A stretch of 60,338 nucleotides of DNA, counting the filler, from Basidioascus undulatus (lineage: Eukaryota): NCBI GenBank assembly GCA_000826855.1. It is 5 parts of 5 records of this genome, joined end to end, with 100 filler letters (N's around TTAATTAATTAA, not from the genome) between each part and the next. Parts side by side here need not be neighbours in the genome. Positions count along the whole stretch, not along the records: positions 24,221 to 36,197 come from JTLS01000962.1; positions 36,298 to 48,268 come from JTLS01000963.1; 3 more parts are not named here. The stretch is one strand, 5' to 3'. The notes beneath the pieces are model-generated. The model did not search any database and had not been told where the DNA came from. It was given only the letters and a program-made list of their open reading frames with translations. Positions 24,221 to 36,916 of the stretch are shown here, one piece after another. Made by a program: the position numbers and the translations under genes. Within the stretch, counting starts at the first letter, position 1, and each line of letters begins with the position of its first letter.

Positions 24221-24705
24221 CGCACCGGATACCCACCTCCGCGCCGTGCTCCTCAAAGATCCCCGACACGTACGCCTCAAATTATCCGGCGAGATTGGGC
24301 GTGCTCGTCCGCACCGCGGTGCTGTTCGCCCTGCCAGGGACCTTGAGCGCGCGGTCGAAGCCGTACATCTTTGCCCAGTCGGCCAGGCGCTCGCCGTTCA
24401 CTAGCATCGAGCGCAGTTCCTCGAACCTCTCCTCCTTCCTAAAACAACAATTGCGAAGAAGCTCACGCACGGTTAATGGCCCGGACCGCAAGCGCGGGTA
24501 CCTCCTTCTGAGCACGACGCCCATGGCAAGGTTGAGCACCGCGTCGTCGAGGAACTCGGGCTCATTGTTGTCCAGCACTGCACCCTCGGGGTCCTCAAAC
24601 TTGGGCGGCGCGCTCGAGGGTCTCGCGATGAGTTATGCGTGAAGGCAAGGTCCCGGAGATCGTCCCGGATCTGCAGCAGCGGCAGGGGGTATTCTGTGTC
24701 TTGCT
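24221..24705 (-). pseudogene. Ribonuclease III-domain pseudogene, truncated at the contig start
   Basis: LPLLQIRDDLRDLAFTH /fs/ ARP..FEDP..DNNEPEFLDDAVLNL..RYPRLRSGPLT|ELRSMLVNGERLADWAKMYG..LAG*FEAYVSGIFEEHG. This matches the RNase III NERLEFLGD and AD.FEA motifs, both damaged. Confidence 0.75.
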
Positions 24706-25656
24706 TGGGAGTAGAACAATGCAAGACACACGTTTTTATGTAAGTGAAATTTCCGGACAAGGACGCAGGCGGCGGATGCGGATATGACTCTCACCGCCGT
24801 GCGAGCTTGCGTTTGTGTCTGCCGAGCTGAAAAGAAGAGGAGAATGCTAAAGCGCGGTTTGCAGTCGATGGACTGCCATGGAGAACACTGCGGCCTTGGC
24901 GAGGAAGATTTCGCAAACTGCAGTGCTTCGCTCGACAGGTCGAGTTGTCCCGTCGGCTTCAATGAGTGCGCCCTATCACCCAATAGTAGGGAGAGCCAAC
25001 AAACAGCCCGGGACCAGACCCATGAAACCACTAATTAGCCGCTCCTCCCGAAACTCCCTGTTGTCTCTCATGTAGCACGACACGCTTACTGCACTGTTGA
25101 CGAGTGTAGTAAACTCCAACGTGATCTCTATAATTTTGCTTAGTAGTGAAAGTTAAGTTGCACCTTAGCACTTCGATGCGAGGTAGACTGCGTGAAGCTG
25201 AGTGCGTGGACAGGCTGCGGGTGTTGTTGCCCCGCCTGCTCACGCACTGCAGTGCTCCCTCTTGGTCCACACGTCATAGGTGGCTATGTTCAGGGAGATC
25301 TGCAGCGAGATTGAATATGGTGATATTAGTACAGCTCTTAAGCCAAGAACACTCGGAAGTGGACGTGAATTACTGTTATCTGCCTACAATTCAACACGAC
25401 CTGCTTTCCCTCTCGTCCAGCAGGGCCTCTCGCGCAGCACCTGTCCATTATTCTCTGGTAACTATTTCAACTATTTGTCACATGGATGTCTTCTCATAGC
25501 GCCGTTACTGATGGCTTCACCTCAACCCCCACCCTTCCAGCGCCGCCTGGGGCAATCGAGTACAGCGTTTTCGACATTCCCCAAAACAAATGAACAACCA
25601 AGCAAGATGTGTCCAATTCTACCGTCCGAGATAATTCCATGAAATTCTGTCACAGA

Positions 25657-26949
25657 TCAGAAGATAGCTACGAGTTTCCTTCCACCCATATCACCCCTCT
25701 TCAACACCTCCAGCCCGCCCCTCACCGCCTCCAGCCCTCCTTCTAGCACCTCAATCGCCGGCAACCGCAACGCCCCCTTCTCCACCAGGCGGTTCACCTC
25801 CTCCGCATACACACGGTTGCCTGCATCCAGCACGAACCGTTTCATCTCCACCGTTCGCACCTCTACGCCAGCCGGCACCTCCGTCTTGGCGGACCACATC
25901 GCCAACGGCGCGATCTGCGCGCCCTCGGACGAGAGAGTCTGGAGCGCTAGCGCGGCGGTGGCGGATCCGACCAGGTCGACAGCGTACTTGATCCTGTCGC
26001 CGCCGACTGCGCGGACCGCATCGACGATCTCCTTGTCCGTCTTGCCAGTTCGCGTGATGACATGAGCTGCGCCCAGAGCGCGCGCGAGCAACGCGGTCGT
26101 GGACGAGACGACGGCGATGACGTCCAGGGTGGAAGAAGCGAGCTGGGTGAGGAACTGGCCGGTGATTGTGGATCCGCCCCAGATGAGGATCGCATCGCGT
26201 CGATGCTCGGTCGAGCGCCGGAGAGCCGGCGGAGGGGTTGGCGAACGGGAGTACGGCGGGGTGGGGGGCGAGACGTCCCGAGCGAAGGCGGAGGGCGGCG
26301 GAGAGAAAGTGGAGGGGAGTGGAAGTCCGAGGAAGTGGTAGAGCGTCAGGGTGGCTGTGAGGGCTGCGACGCCCAAGCACGCCCCTTCGGAGAACGACAG
26401 CGAGGAGGGGAGTGGAAGGACGGTGTGGGCGGGGACGACAATGTACTCTTGGAAGCATCCCGCTCGGGCGTCACGGTAGTATGTGCCTATGAACATGAAC
26501 ATCAGAAGTCAGGAAAGCGATGCGGACCATCAGAAATCGGAAGACGCACTCGTCCAGACTTTATCGCCTGCTTTCAACGTCTTCACCGCGCAGCCCACAC
26601 TCTCCACGACTCCGGCCGCTTCCCGGCCGATAGTCTGAATTAGACGCCGGTTCAGCTCCCACTATCTCAAGGAAATTGACCCTGGTGGAAGACACACCCA
26701 TGGAAAGCCCGGTAAACAGAACCCGAACTCGACGCTCTTCCAGTCGATAGGGTTGAGGCCGACGGCTGCGACCTTGATGCGGACCTCGTCCGGGGCGTGA
26801 ATTTGGGGCTTGGACCAGGCCGAGGTAAGCGCGTACGACCCCTTCCCGGGGATGATGAGCGCCTTTGTATGAGGCGCGTCGGCAACCAGAGAGAGCGCCG
26901 CCAGCGTCTCCGTCGCCGCTTCAACCGTCGTCGTTGCCGGAGTCGCCAT
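25657..26949 (-). CDS. Medium-chain dehydrogenase/enoyl-reductase-like oxidoreductase (GroES + Rossmann)
   Basis: VKVAAVGLNPIDWKS-like motif, GREAAGVVE.VG..V..LKAGDKV, CFQEY, ILIWGGSTITGQF. Two GT-AG introns; frame intact. Confidence 0.88.
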
Positions 26950-28337
26950 TTTGAGATATTTCATAGAGAGGGAAATGGGAATGACAAAGTGAAAGTGAAA
27001 GATCCGCTGAGTACGTTTCTCTTTGAAAGTGGTGGGTAAAGCACGTCGGAAGTGGATTGGCAGTGCCGGTGGCGGTTGACGCGACCGTATCGAGCGATTG
27101 TGTGCTCGCTCGTCTGTCGAGCAGACTATGATGAAACTCGGGCTTATCGGCAAGCTCTGAACCAGCCATACATGTTTTCGAGGGAGTTTTCTCGGAAACT
27201 AGCACCACCTTCAGGTCTTGTACAGAGTGTACTGGTCGTCACAGAACTGATCATGCCGCAAACCAATTTCGAACGACCTCGCGATGCTGCCGGTTGCGAG
27301 GCGATAGCCAGTGATACGTTTGACGGTGCGGCCGATGAGGTGATTCGCAGCCAAGTAGTCGTAAGGCCCGGTAAAATGAACCAAGTTTCTAGGTTGGGAC
27401 GCTTATTGCGATCTAGTTGGGCATCAGCATTGAATTGGAAGCGATACCGTTCCCATGTGCAGCAATATTGGACCGCGAGCGCCTTGTGGCGCTGTGATCC
27501 AAACAGCAGTCCACGCTGCGTGTTAAGGTTTCAAAAAATCTTACTTGTAAGAGATATTACACCGGAAATACCATGGGCAGGAACTGGTGCGGGCGTTGGG
27601 ATCGCGACCCATGCGGAGACGCGGCTTCGCATCTGACAGAGCCGTGAGCGACTCGGGCGAGAGTGAAAAGGGCGGGAGTGGAAAAATCGGCTCTGGAAGG
27701 AAGGGGTACTCGACTCGCTGGAGGTCGGGGGGAAGAAATAATGCTGGATGCTTGGAAACGCTGGTGGCAAATGGGACCCCAGGCGTCTTGTGAATGGCAA
27801 GGGGACAGGACGGCCTGTACTGGATGGCGTTTGTGGATTTTGAACTTTGAATAATATGGGAGTACAACGGCTCCATGAAGGCAATTATGCCAGAGAGAAG
27901 GCCTCCTTCCAGTCAGTCGTGCGGGCCGAATGCCGACAGTTTGGGTACCGCGCCTTGTTCTTTTCAGGCCTGGACGCCTTCCGTGAGGATAAAGGATAAT
28001 AGCGTGAACGAACTATGAGAAGCATATACTTGAAGCTGCGAGTGCGGCAAGACGACATGGGATGATCAGGGCTACCTCGACCTTTCAGTGGGCCGACTCA
28101 CTGTAGGTAGGTAGGGCTGGGGCTCAATCTTGCCCTTGGAAACTTTCCCCATACCGCACTTCTACTGAACCTTATAATTTTAGTCGCTTCTTCTGTCTGC
28201 AGTCCCATCAGGGCTTTGCGAATGGATGTGCTGTGTGTTGAGGCAAGGAGGCGTGCCAACTGGGTTCTGCTGAATAGGGGCAAATGTAGTCAGAGGGGCA
28301 AATCCAGTAGTTAATTCACTCGGTTATGATGGCATCG

Positions 28338-28411
28338 TCTTCGGTGGCGCAATTGGTTAGCGCGTCCGACTGTTAATCGGGAGGTTGTGAGTTCAAGTCT
28401 CACCTGAAGAG
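28338..28411 (+). tRNA. tRNA-Asn (anticodon GTT), intronless
   Basis: Full cloverleaf: acceptor TCTTCGG/CTGAAGA, D arm GCGC/GCGC, anticodon arm TCCGA-CTGTTAA-TCGGG, T arm GTGAG-TTCAAGT-CTCAC. A T-rich terminator follows. Confidence 0.96.
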
Positions 28412-29110
28412 GGTACATTTATTTTGCCCCGAGGAGTAGGAAATCCGTGCGTGATGAGGACTGGCGTTCGCGCGGGAACAAGGGTCTTCCACGCATATGT
28501 AATGGACCGTTATCTTTGCTTTGTTGTTTTCCTTTTGAAGAAACCTTAGCTGAGCTCCAATTTAGATGTCTGGGACAGGCGCAGCAACCGAACCGCTTTG
28601 TCCAAACCGTCTACGATGGGCTGCCATGCCTGCTGCGTTTGCAACTTGTCTTCAAGACCTCTCGACTGTCATGCCGAATTCTGAGAAAACATCTCTGCCT
28701 GATGTTTTCCAACGAAGCATGGCACCTGTTAAAGTTTCTTCCCACCCTTCAGATGCCACAGTGCGTTCCACAACTACGTTCATAGCTGAATTCGGCCCAC
28801 CAAGGGCGCGGAGTGCTCAACCGGAGGCTGTATGCATACGCAACTTCATACCCTGTGGGTACCCAACACTTCATGCGCGCGGCTCGAATCCAAGCTCCTG
28901 ACGACAGAGTACTAAGGGACATTCCGCAGATCGTAAGCGCAGACAGCAGAGCAGCGTTTAGCTCAGGTGATATCACTGGTCGTCGCGGGTATCTATCTCA
29001 ACACACATGAGCGCTTCAAAGAAGACCCAGAGACGTGTAAAGGAAAGAAATCGATGCTGGTCGTAACGGGAATAAATAAAAGAAGGTCTGCTCGAGAAGC
29101 GAAGGAACAC

Positions 29111-32100
29111 TCAGTCCGAGTCGTCGATCTCGATCGGTTCGGCAGAAGTGCCCTTGCCCTTGAAGCTCAGCCGCCTGGAGGGTTCCGGTTTCGGTGCGAG
29201 TGCGGGCACGGGCGCGGACGCTGGGGCAACTGCGGGCGGAGAGCCAGCTGAGGTAGATGTGAATGGGCGAGCTGGGGCGGGAACAGACGCGGGCGCGGCG
29301 GAGATGGACGTGGCTGTGGGAGCGGGGGCAGGATGAGGAGCAGAGGCGGGGACAACGGAGGTGGATGGGGATGCGCCGGCGGGGGCTGAGGGAGCGGATG
29401 GGGAGGCGCCTTGACCGGCCGGCGCGCCCGATCCAGTCGCAGAAGACCCATCGGCCGCAGGCCGCCAGACGTAGCCGCCCTCGAGCAGACCGCGCAGAAG
29501 GCGCTGCGTGGGCTCGTCTTCTTCGGCACGAAAGAGCGCGTCGAGGCGCGCCTGCACAGCCTGCGGCCCGCTGTGGTAGAGGGGACAGTCTGCGATGGAC
29601 ACCATATCTAGTGAGCAAAGGTCTCAAGTAAAAGGAAGGAGAGAACGAACCAACGACGGTGTGAGTCCTCGGCTCGCCGCACAGGCTACACAGTGGTCGC
29701 GGCTGTGGCTGTGGCTGATGCTCGCGCGCCGTCTTGCGCTCGGCGCGCATCCGTTGCCGTACCGCGTCAAGCTCGGCGACAGCGGCGCGCATCGGCGTCG
29801 TCAGCGGCTGGGCCCTCATCTCGGTCAGGCGCGACTTGACGCGGGGGTATCCCTCCAGCAGGACCGGGCAGTCATCGATGGAGAGGTGCTGCAGAGGGTC
29901 AAGGCAAGGCAGAAAAGCTCAGCGCAGCCCAGGCAAGAAGGTACGGCATGGCACGCACCTTGGGTCCACCGCAGCACAGACACGCGATTGCCTCTGCCGG
30001 CGCCTTCGATGTTGACGCCACGGGAGCGAGGGCCCCGGCGATCGCGTCGCAATCGTTGGTAGGCGGGTAAGGCGGGTAAGGGTGCGGAGGGTAGGCTCGG
30101 TTCGGTTGCTGGAAGCCGCTCGCCAGCCGCGCCGCGATGACTTCGTTGTACCGAATCTGCAGCGCGCTAAGCGCCTTGTCCTTGTCCTTCGCGGGCTCTA
30201 TCATAACCGCGCACACCAAAGTCAGCGAATGGTCTTTCAGATGCTGCCGGATGGGACGTACCGTCCGACTCCTTGATGCGTTGTACAAGCGCGGCGATTT
30301 GAGCCGCGTCCGTGAGGTGGAAGCAAGGGTCTAAAGGATGGTTCTACAGTCCCAGGAGTTCAGCTGGAAAATTTATTCGGTCAAAAGAAGCCACATCAAC
30401 ATACAAAGAGGCATAACGGGCAAACGTTCTCGTCCCGAGGCTGGGCGAGGTATGGTGCCTCCTTCCGCACGCGGTCGACGAACCAGTGGAACCACTTCGG
30501 GTTCGTCTTGAGCTGCGCGTTGACACGCTCGAGTGCGTACATGAAGTTGTCCGGGTTGTCCTCGCCGGCGTCGACGAGCGGCGCGATGACGCCGTCCATG
30601 CCGAGCGCCTGGCCGAGCGCGCGCACCGCTTCGCGACGAGCCGGGAAGGAGAGGTGCTCGAACTCGCGCGTCGCCCACAGGTCCATGACGGGGCCCTCCG
30701 ACGGCTGCGGCATGAGGAACGCGGGCGCTGCGCGCTGCTTGTCGGTGAGCTCGTACGCGCGCTTGCGCTTGCGCTTCGTCTTGGACGGCTCGAGCGGAGG
30801 CGTGCCCCGCATCTCGTTGGGGACAACGTCGCTCTCGCTCTCGTCGTCGCCCGGCCCACGGTACTCATCCCCGCTGTTGTCCGCCTTCTTCTTGGACTTC
30901 TTGCGGCCGGCAGCAGCCTCGTCCTCCTTAGCGGGGCGCGCGATCACCTCCTGTTACACAGGCACGCGAAGAAGTGAGCCCCACTTGTTCACAATCGAAA
31001 GAAAAGCACATCAACGCACCGCATAATTGACCGCACCAGCACGCTTGCGCTTCGTACCGCGGCCAAGGTTGGCCTCCTCGCGCGCCTTTTCCTCAGCGGC
31101 GACGCGCTCCGACTCGCGCAGCATCTTCTCCCAAAAGTCCGCGCTCGTCGCGTCCGCGCCCGCCTCGCCTTCGGGGCCCTCCTCGAGCTCGACGATGTTC
31201 CCGTCCTTGCCGCCCTCCCAAACGCGCGCGAAGCCGAACGACATTCCGCCTTCGCCTTCGTCTTCCTCGGGACCTTCCTCCTTCTCGAGCCTGCAGACAC
31301 GGCCCATGTCAGCCCAAATGCGAAGCAAAGCCAAAAGATTAAAAGGCGTACTTCTCAATCATCTGCACGCAGTCGTCGGCAGTATACCGGATCTCCGAGG
31401 TCTCGTCCTGCTCGCTCTCGAAGAGCTCGCGAGCGCCGTAGGTCAGGATCGACTCGACGTTCTCGTTCTCGGCCGTGTCCATGTTCTGTCGTTTTCCGAG
31501 ATAAGCCACGCACAGCAGCGTGCCATTCCGAGAACACGCTTACCTGCACGATGACGTGGTCCAGGGCGAGCTTCTTCTTTCCGGACTGGATGATTTTCTC
31601 TGCGACAGGAAGACCAGATCAGCGAGCGCCGAGCGAAGCAGTAGCGAATCTGCTCACCCTCGCAAGAACCGCGCGCCATGAGCTTGAACACGAGCACCTT
31701 CTTCGTCTGTCCGAAGCGGTGCGCCCGCGAGATCGCCTGGAGGTCCTGGTGGGGGTTGAAGTCGGGGTCGAACATGACCACGGTGTCCGCGCCTGCGAAG
31801 AGCAGCGCGTCAGCAACGCTGCGGTTGAATGCCGAAACCGGAAGACGCACCAGTGAGGTTGATGCCGACGCCGCCCGCGCGTGTGGTGAGGATGAAGATG
31901 AAGAGCTCGCTGTCGGGCGCGTTGAACGCGTCGACGTCCTTCTGGCGCTGCGCTTGCGGGGTGTTACCGTCCTGCAGCCCACCGAATCGCGTGAGCTGCT
32001 TGCTATCCACTCGAGAGAACGAAAAAAAAACCTACGAGCCGTGCATACTTGTATCCCTCGTGGATGAGGAAGCGCTCGATCTCGTCCAACGCGATCTTGA

Positions 32101-35100
32101 ACTGCAGAGCGTCGCATGCACAATCAGTTTGCCGGCCCAGGAACACGGCGGACGGCGAAGAAAGTCGCACTTGGCTGAACAGAAGCACGCGATGGCCACG
32201 CTCCTTGAGCTTGGGCAGCATCGTCTGCAGCCAAACGAGCTTCGCGCTCGCCTCGACGTGCGAGCGGTGCATCTCGTCGTCTGAAAGTCCCTCGGGCTCG
32301 AGCGCCTCGTTGACGAGGTACGGGTGCTGGATGACCCTGTTCATCCAAAGGCAAATGGATGCTTCCACATCAGTTCCGGTCCGCAGAAGGCAGAGAAGCG
32401 GACGGGACGCACTTGCGCATCTGCATGAGCACGTTGTTCAAGCTTGTCGACGACCCCTTCGGCGGAGGCGCGCCCTTGTCGCCCGCACCGCGCGTTGCGC
32501 CATTCGTAGAGCGCGTGAGGAACTGGAGGACCTGAACGTTGCCCTGGAGCAGGCCCTTGTATGCCTCGCGCTGCAGGCGGGTCATCCTGTTCAGCCGGCA
32601 AGCGTCAGCTCGAGCACGATTTACCAGCGGTGAAGGAAACGGAAGGGTACGTTAGGGGGACGTAGATCTCGTTCTGCGGACGCACGGAGCAAGTCAGCAA
32701 CCGAAGTGAAGTTCACGCTCTGGAAAGCCACGCACCTTCGGCAGCAGCGTGAGCACCTCCTTCTTCGTCCGCCTCAGGAAGTACGGTTTAAGCTTGCCAT
32801 GCAGCTCGTCGACGAGCTGTCACCCAGTCACTGCATCAGCATCCGCCGCATTCCTCCCCTTACTGCCTCTGTCTGCGTACCTCCTTCGTAAGATCCGCGT
32901 ACTGTCCGCCAGCCCACATGTCAGCAAACCTTGCCTCAGCCCGCAACCCGAAAGGAGCCAAGACGCACCTTGGCCTCCGCCTCGTCAACGTCCGGCCACT
33001 CGTCGGGGTCGAGGAAGGCAAGGAGATTGATCAGCTCGCGGATGTTGTTGTTGAGGGGCGTGCCTGCGCGCACGATATACACGTTCCCGTCAGTCTCGCT
33101 CGCTCACACATCGCAGTTCATCCTTTCGACCAAGACGTACCGGTAAGGAGGACACGCTGCCCGATGTCGAGCTCGTTCAGGCGGTTGAGGAGCTTCGAGT
33201 CGTCGCCCTTCTGCTCGTCCGAACCGCGCCCCGCTCAGCCGGCGCACTTCCCACAGCACTTCCACCAAACAAGAGACGCACCAGCCGCTGTCCCTCATCC
33301 ACAACGAGCAGCTCCCACCTCCCCGCCGTACGGAACAGGCCAAAGTCGTTCTTGCCTATCAGGCTCTCATACGTCGCGAGCACGACGTGGGCGCGCAGAC
33401 CCGTCTTGGGCTGCCACCCGCCGCGCCCTCCCCCTCCGCGCGAGGGGTGCGCTCCGCCAGAGTGGAAGAGCTCGTACTCCTTGATGATGTTGCGCGAGGC
33501 GGCCTCGCCGTAGAAGGGCACGACGGTCAGAGCGGGCGCCCACTTCTCGAACTGCGGGAAACAGGAGGGATGTCAGCCGCTGCTCCGATGATTTTCAGAC
33601 TTGTGACCGACGAACCTCGCGCAGCCAGCTGGTGCGGAAAAAAAGACATTGTTCAGATCAAAACGGAAAGAAGGATGGGGCGGAGGAGCGTACTTGGAGA
33701 TGGTCGAGTTGGGCACGACGATAAGCGACGGGAACGACTTGAACTTGTCCGCGAGCGTCGCGACGAGCGAGACGATCTGGACGGTCTGTACTCGCGCGCC
33801 CAGTCAGCTACCGTGCACCTCCCTCACGCACGCGCAATGCAAAGACTGACCTTGCCGAGCCCTGCACGTCGTATCCCACGCACAGTCAGCGTCCCATACC
33901 TCCCCATCCGCGTACACGGAGAGACGCACCCATCTCATCCGCCAAAATGGCCGGGTGCTCCTTCCACCAGTTGTACAGCAACCAGTTCAAACCGTCGACC
34001 TGCGACCGCCCCCCAACCTCATCAGCATCTTCCTCCCCTTTCTCCCCTTCCTCCTCCTCCTCCTCCCTTCTCCTTCCTCCGCTCTCCTTCCCGCATCACC
34101 TAAACAAGCAGACTGACCTGGTACCCCTTCAGCTCCCCGCCCTCCACACATTTCGGCTGCCCATCAAGCTCCTTGAACGCCTTCCCGCGGCGGGCCTTGC
34201 GCGCCGCCTCGCGCGCAGTCTGGGGCGGGACGGAGACGCGGCGGGCGGCGAGGAAACGCGCGTAGGCGCGCTGGAAGGCTGGGTAGAGTGAGTCCGAGCG
34301 CGAGGGGGGGAGCGTCCAGGTCGCTCTGCGCGATGGGAGAGGGGGTGTTAGTCGACGGACGGAGGGTAGTGAACGGCGAGGGGGGATGACGGAGACGAGT
34401 AAACGGCGAGGGGGCATTGGGGCGGGCAATGGGAGGAAGGGGAGAAGGAGAGGGAGAGGGAAGGGGAAGGCGGAGGAAAAGGTAAGGGGAAGGGGAAGGG
34501 GGAAGGGAAGACGGAGGATCGAGACGCACTGCTCATACGGCAGATCCCCCCACTTGACATAAGCCCAACAAACGTCCCTCACGCTCTCCTCGCCCACGCT
34601 CCTCCTCAACTTCCTCTCCCTCTCCTCAATATGCACCCTTTCCTCCTCCGGCACCTCCTCTTCCTCCTCACTCTCCCCTTCCTCAGCACTCTCCTCACTC
34701 TCACTCTCCACCACCCCCCTCCTCGCCTTCCCCTTCCCCTTCCCAGCCTTCCTCAGCCTAAAGTAAACATCCAGCACCCGATCCACCGTCTGCCACGCCT
34801 CCGGCACACGCTGCTCGGCAAGCGGGTCGGCGTCCAGCGGGCCTCCCGGCGGAGCAGTGGCAGCGGCGCGCTGGGCAGCGGCGGAGGGGGTGGGCGGGAG
34901 CCGGCGATTGGAGGGCGACGAGGCGTCGATCTCTTTGAGCTGCGCGAGAGGCGTGGAGGCGCGCGAGGGGGAGGGCGCAGCGGTGAGGGGCGTGGGGGCG
35001 CGTGAAGACTCGCCCGGCGCGAGGAGCTCGACTCGGCAACCGCGCTCGAGGAAGTTGCGGAGCTTGCCTTTGCCCGTTTGGGAGGTCGCGGAGATGTACC

Positions 35101-36197
35101 TGTTCCACGAGCAGCATCCATCAGCTTCGTCTCCCGCAAGAAAGCAAGAACGAAAGAAAAGAAAGGAACGCAGAAGGACCCACTCATGCGGCACCCACTC
35201 CAATTCCCTCCACGCGACGCCCCTCCACTTGACCAAATACTCCCTGGCCAGCCGTTCACCCGGCGAGTGATACTCCCCCTCGGGAAGCGGGCGCTCGGGC
35301 GGCGCGCCCGGGGCAGGGCGCCACGCGAGGATGTGCTCGATTGTGAGGGAGGACCAGCGGTCGCAGTCGAGGCACTGCCAGTCTTGGTGGTACCAAGCGG
35401 CGGTTCCGCGGAGGTTCGCTTCGCTGTCGGGAGGGGGGAGGGCCTGCGGAGGAGGTCGGGTTAGGGGAGGTTGGAAAGAAAGCGAAAGGAAAGGAAGGGA
35501 AGGAGAGGAGGCGGGTTCGGAGAAGGGGGAGAAGGAAGACGCACGGAGTAGGATGAGGCGCGCTTACACTTCGAGCAACGGAAAAGGATCTCGGTCGGCT
35601 TCTGCTCCGCGGGGGCGGGCGCAGCGTCGCGGTCCTCCATCTCCACGTCCCCCGCCGCGCCCGGCTTCTCCTCGGGCTTTTTCTCCTCCTCCGCTGCCGT
35701 CTCCCTCACGCAGTTCCCGCACAAGAAACCCACGACCTCGTCCACCTCGATCGTCTTCCTCCTTGGGCGCTCCCGCTCCTCCTCCCCCTTCTTCCCCTCC
35801 CCATCCAGCTCCATCCTCTCCTGCTCCTCCTCCCGCCGCACACGGCGCACCACCTCCTCCTGCTGGCTCTTCGCGAGACACCCCAGATGCGCAGCGACGC
35901 AGCACCGCGTGCACTCCACCCAGCCACCCAAGCCGCGCAACCGCTCCTCATCATCGCTCGTCTCGTCCCCGTCCTCGCCCACGCCCCCGGACTTCCTCGG
36001 CCGCCCACGCCGCCGCTTTTTGGACGCGAGGACCTTGGCGAGCTCCTCGGAGGCGGGGAGGAAGCCGCAGCGCTCGCAGGTCGACCGGTGCGCGAGGAGC
36101 GGGTCAGACGAGGGCGAGGGCGAGGGCGAGCGGGACGAGGAGGGGGCGCGGTGGGCGCGGGCGCGGGCGCGAGAGCGGTGGGGAGCGGAGTGCTCAG
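29111..36197 (-). CDS. mit1: Mit1/CHD3(Mi-2)-like SNF2 chromatin remodeller (PHD, chromodomains, ATPase, C-terminal Zn fingers); 5' end missing
   Basis: [17 protein letters not shown]; chromodomains [18 protein letters not shown] and [76 protein letters not shown]-terminal CxxC..H..C repeats. Confidence 0.9.
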
Positions 36198-36297
36198 NNN
36201 NNNNNNNNNNNNNNNNNNNNNNNNNNNNNNNNNNNNNNNNNTTAATTAATTAANNNNNNNNNNNNNNNNNNNNNNNNNNNNNNNNNNNNNNNNNNNN
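36198..36297. other. Artificial contig-joining spacer
   Basis: N44-TTAATTAATTAA-N44. Confidence 0.98.
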
Positions 36298-36308
36298 CCA
36301 CCCCGCAG

Positions 36309-36916
36309 GCGACAAGCCGCACGTCTGCCCCGACCCCTCCTGCGCCCGCCCATTCTCCGTCCTGTCCAACATGCGGCGGCACATGCGTCTGCACGCGCGC
36401 TCCGCGTCCCTCTCGTCCCCCTCCCTCATCTCACCCAACCCCGCCTCCCCACCTTCCAGTCCAACCGCCCCTGCCTCGCCCCTCCCCGCCCCCGAAGCGG
36501 CTGAGGCGGCCCCCCTCTCGTCCCTCGCTTCGCCGCCCCGCAGGACGGTCAGCCAATCGAGCAGCTACACGTCCCTCGCGTCCCTCGATTCGGGAGTGAG
36601 CGAGCACTCGCACTCGAGATTGGGGTCCTCCAGGGGCACGTTCCACATGCCCACGCCGCACCAGGCGCACGAGCCTGCCTACGCAACGGCCATCGCTTCC
36701 TCGAGCTCCTCCACTCGGAACAGCTACACCCACCAGCCGCAAGAGCCGTCCTACGCCCCCTCCATCGCCTCCAGCTTCCCCACGACCAGCAGCCCAGTCA
36801 CGCCGTACTCCCCCACCGGCGGGTCCGCGCCCGGGGCCGGGGGGTTCGCGTGGCCCCCGAGGAGGAAAGACGAGTGGGACGCTGCCGGCCAGGGGCGCTG
36901 GGTGCCGGGAAGGTAG
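36309..36916 (+). CDS. C2H2 zinc-finger transcription factor, last exon only
   Basis: After a CAG acceptor: GDKPHVCPDPSCARPFSVLSNMRRHMRLH, then an S/P-rich tail. Confidence 0.85.

Noticed and set aside
28451..28553. C/D-box-like GTGATGA...CTGA just downstream of tRNA-Asn (possible tRNA-snoRNA dicistron)
   Set aside because: Weak terminal stem, no rRNA-complementary guide recognised, and a T-rich Pol III terminator lies in between.
34326..34527. Long purine-rich (GAAGGG-type) tract, G-quadruplex/triplex-like
   Set aside because: It lies inside a Mit1 intron and matches the C/T-rich intron composition seen in other genes here.
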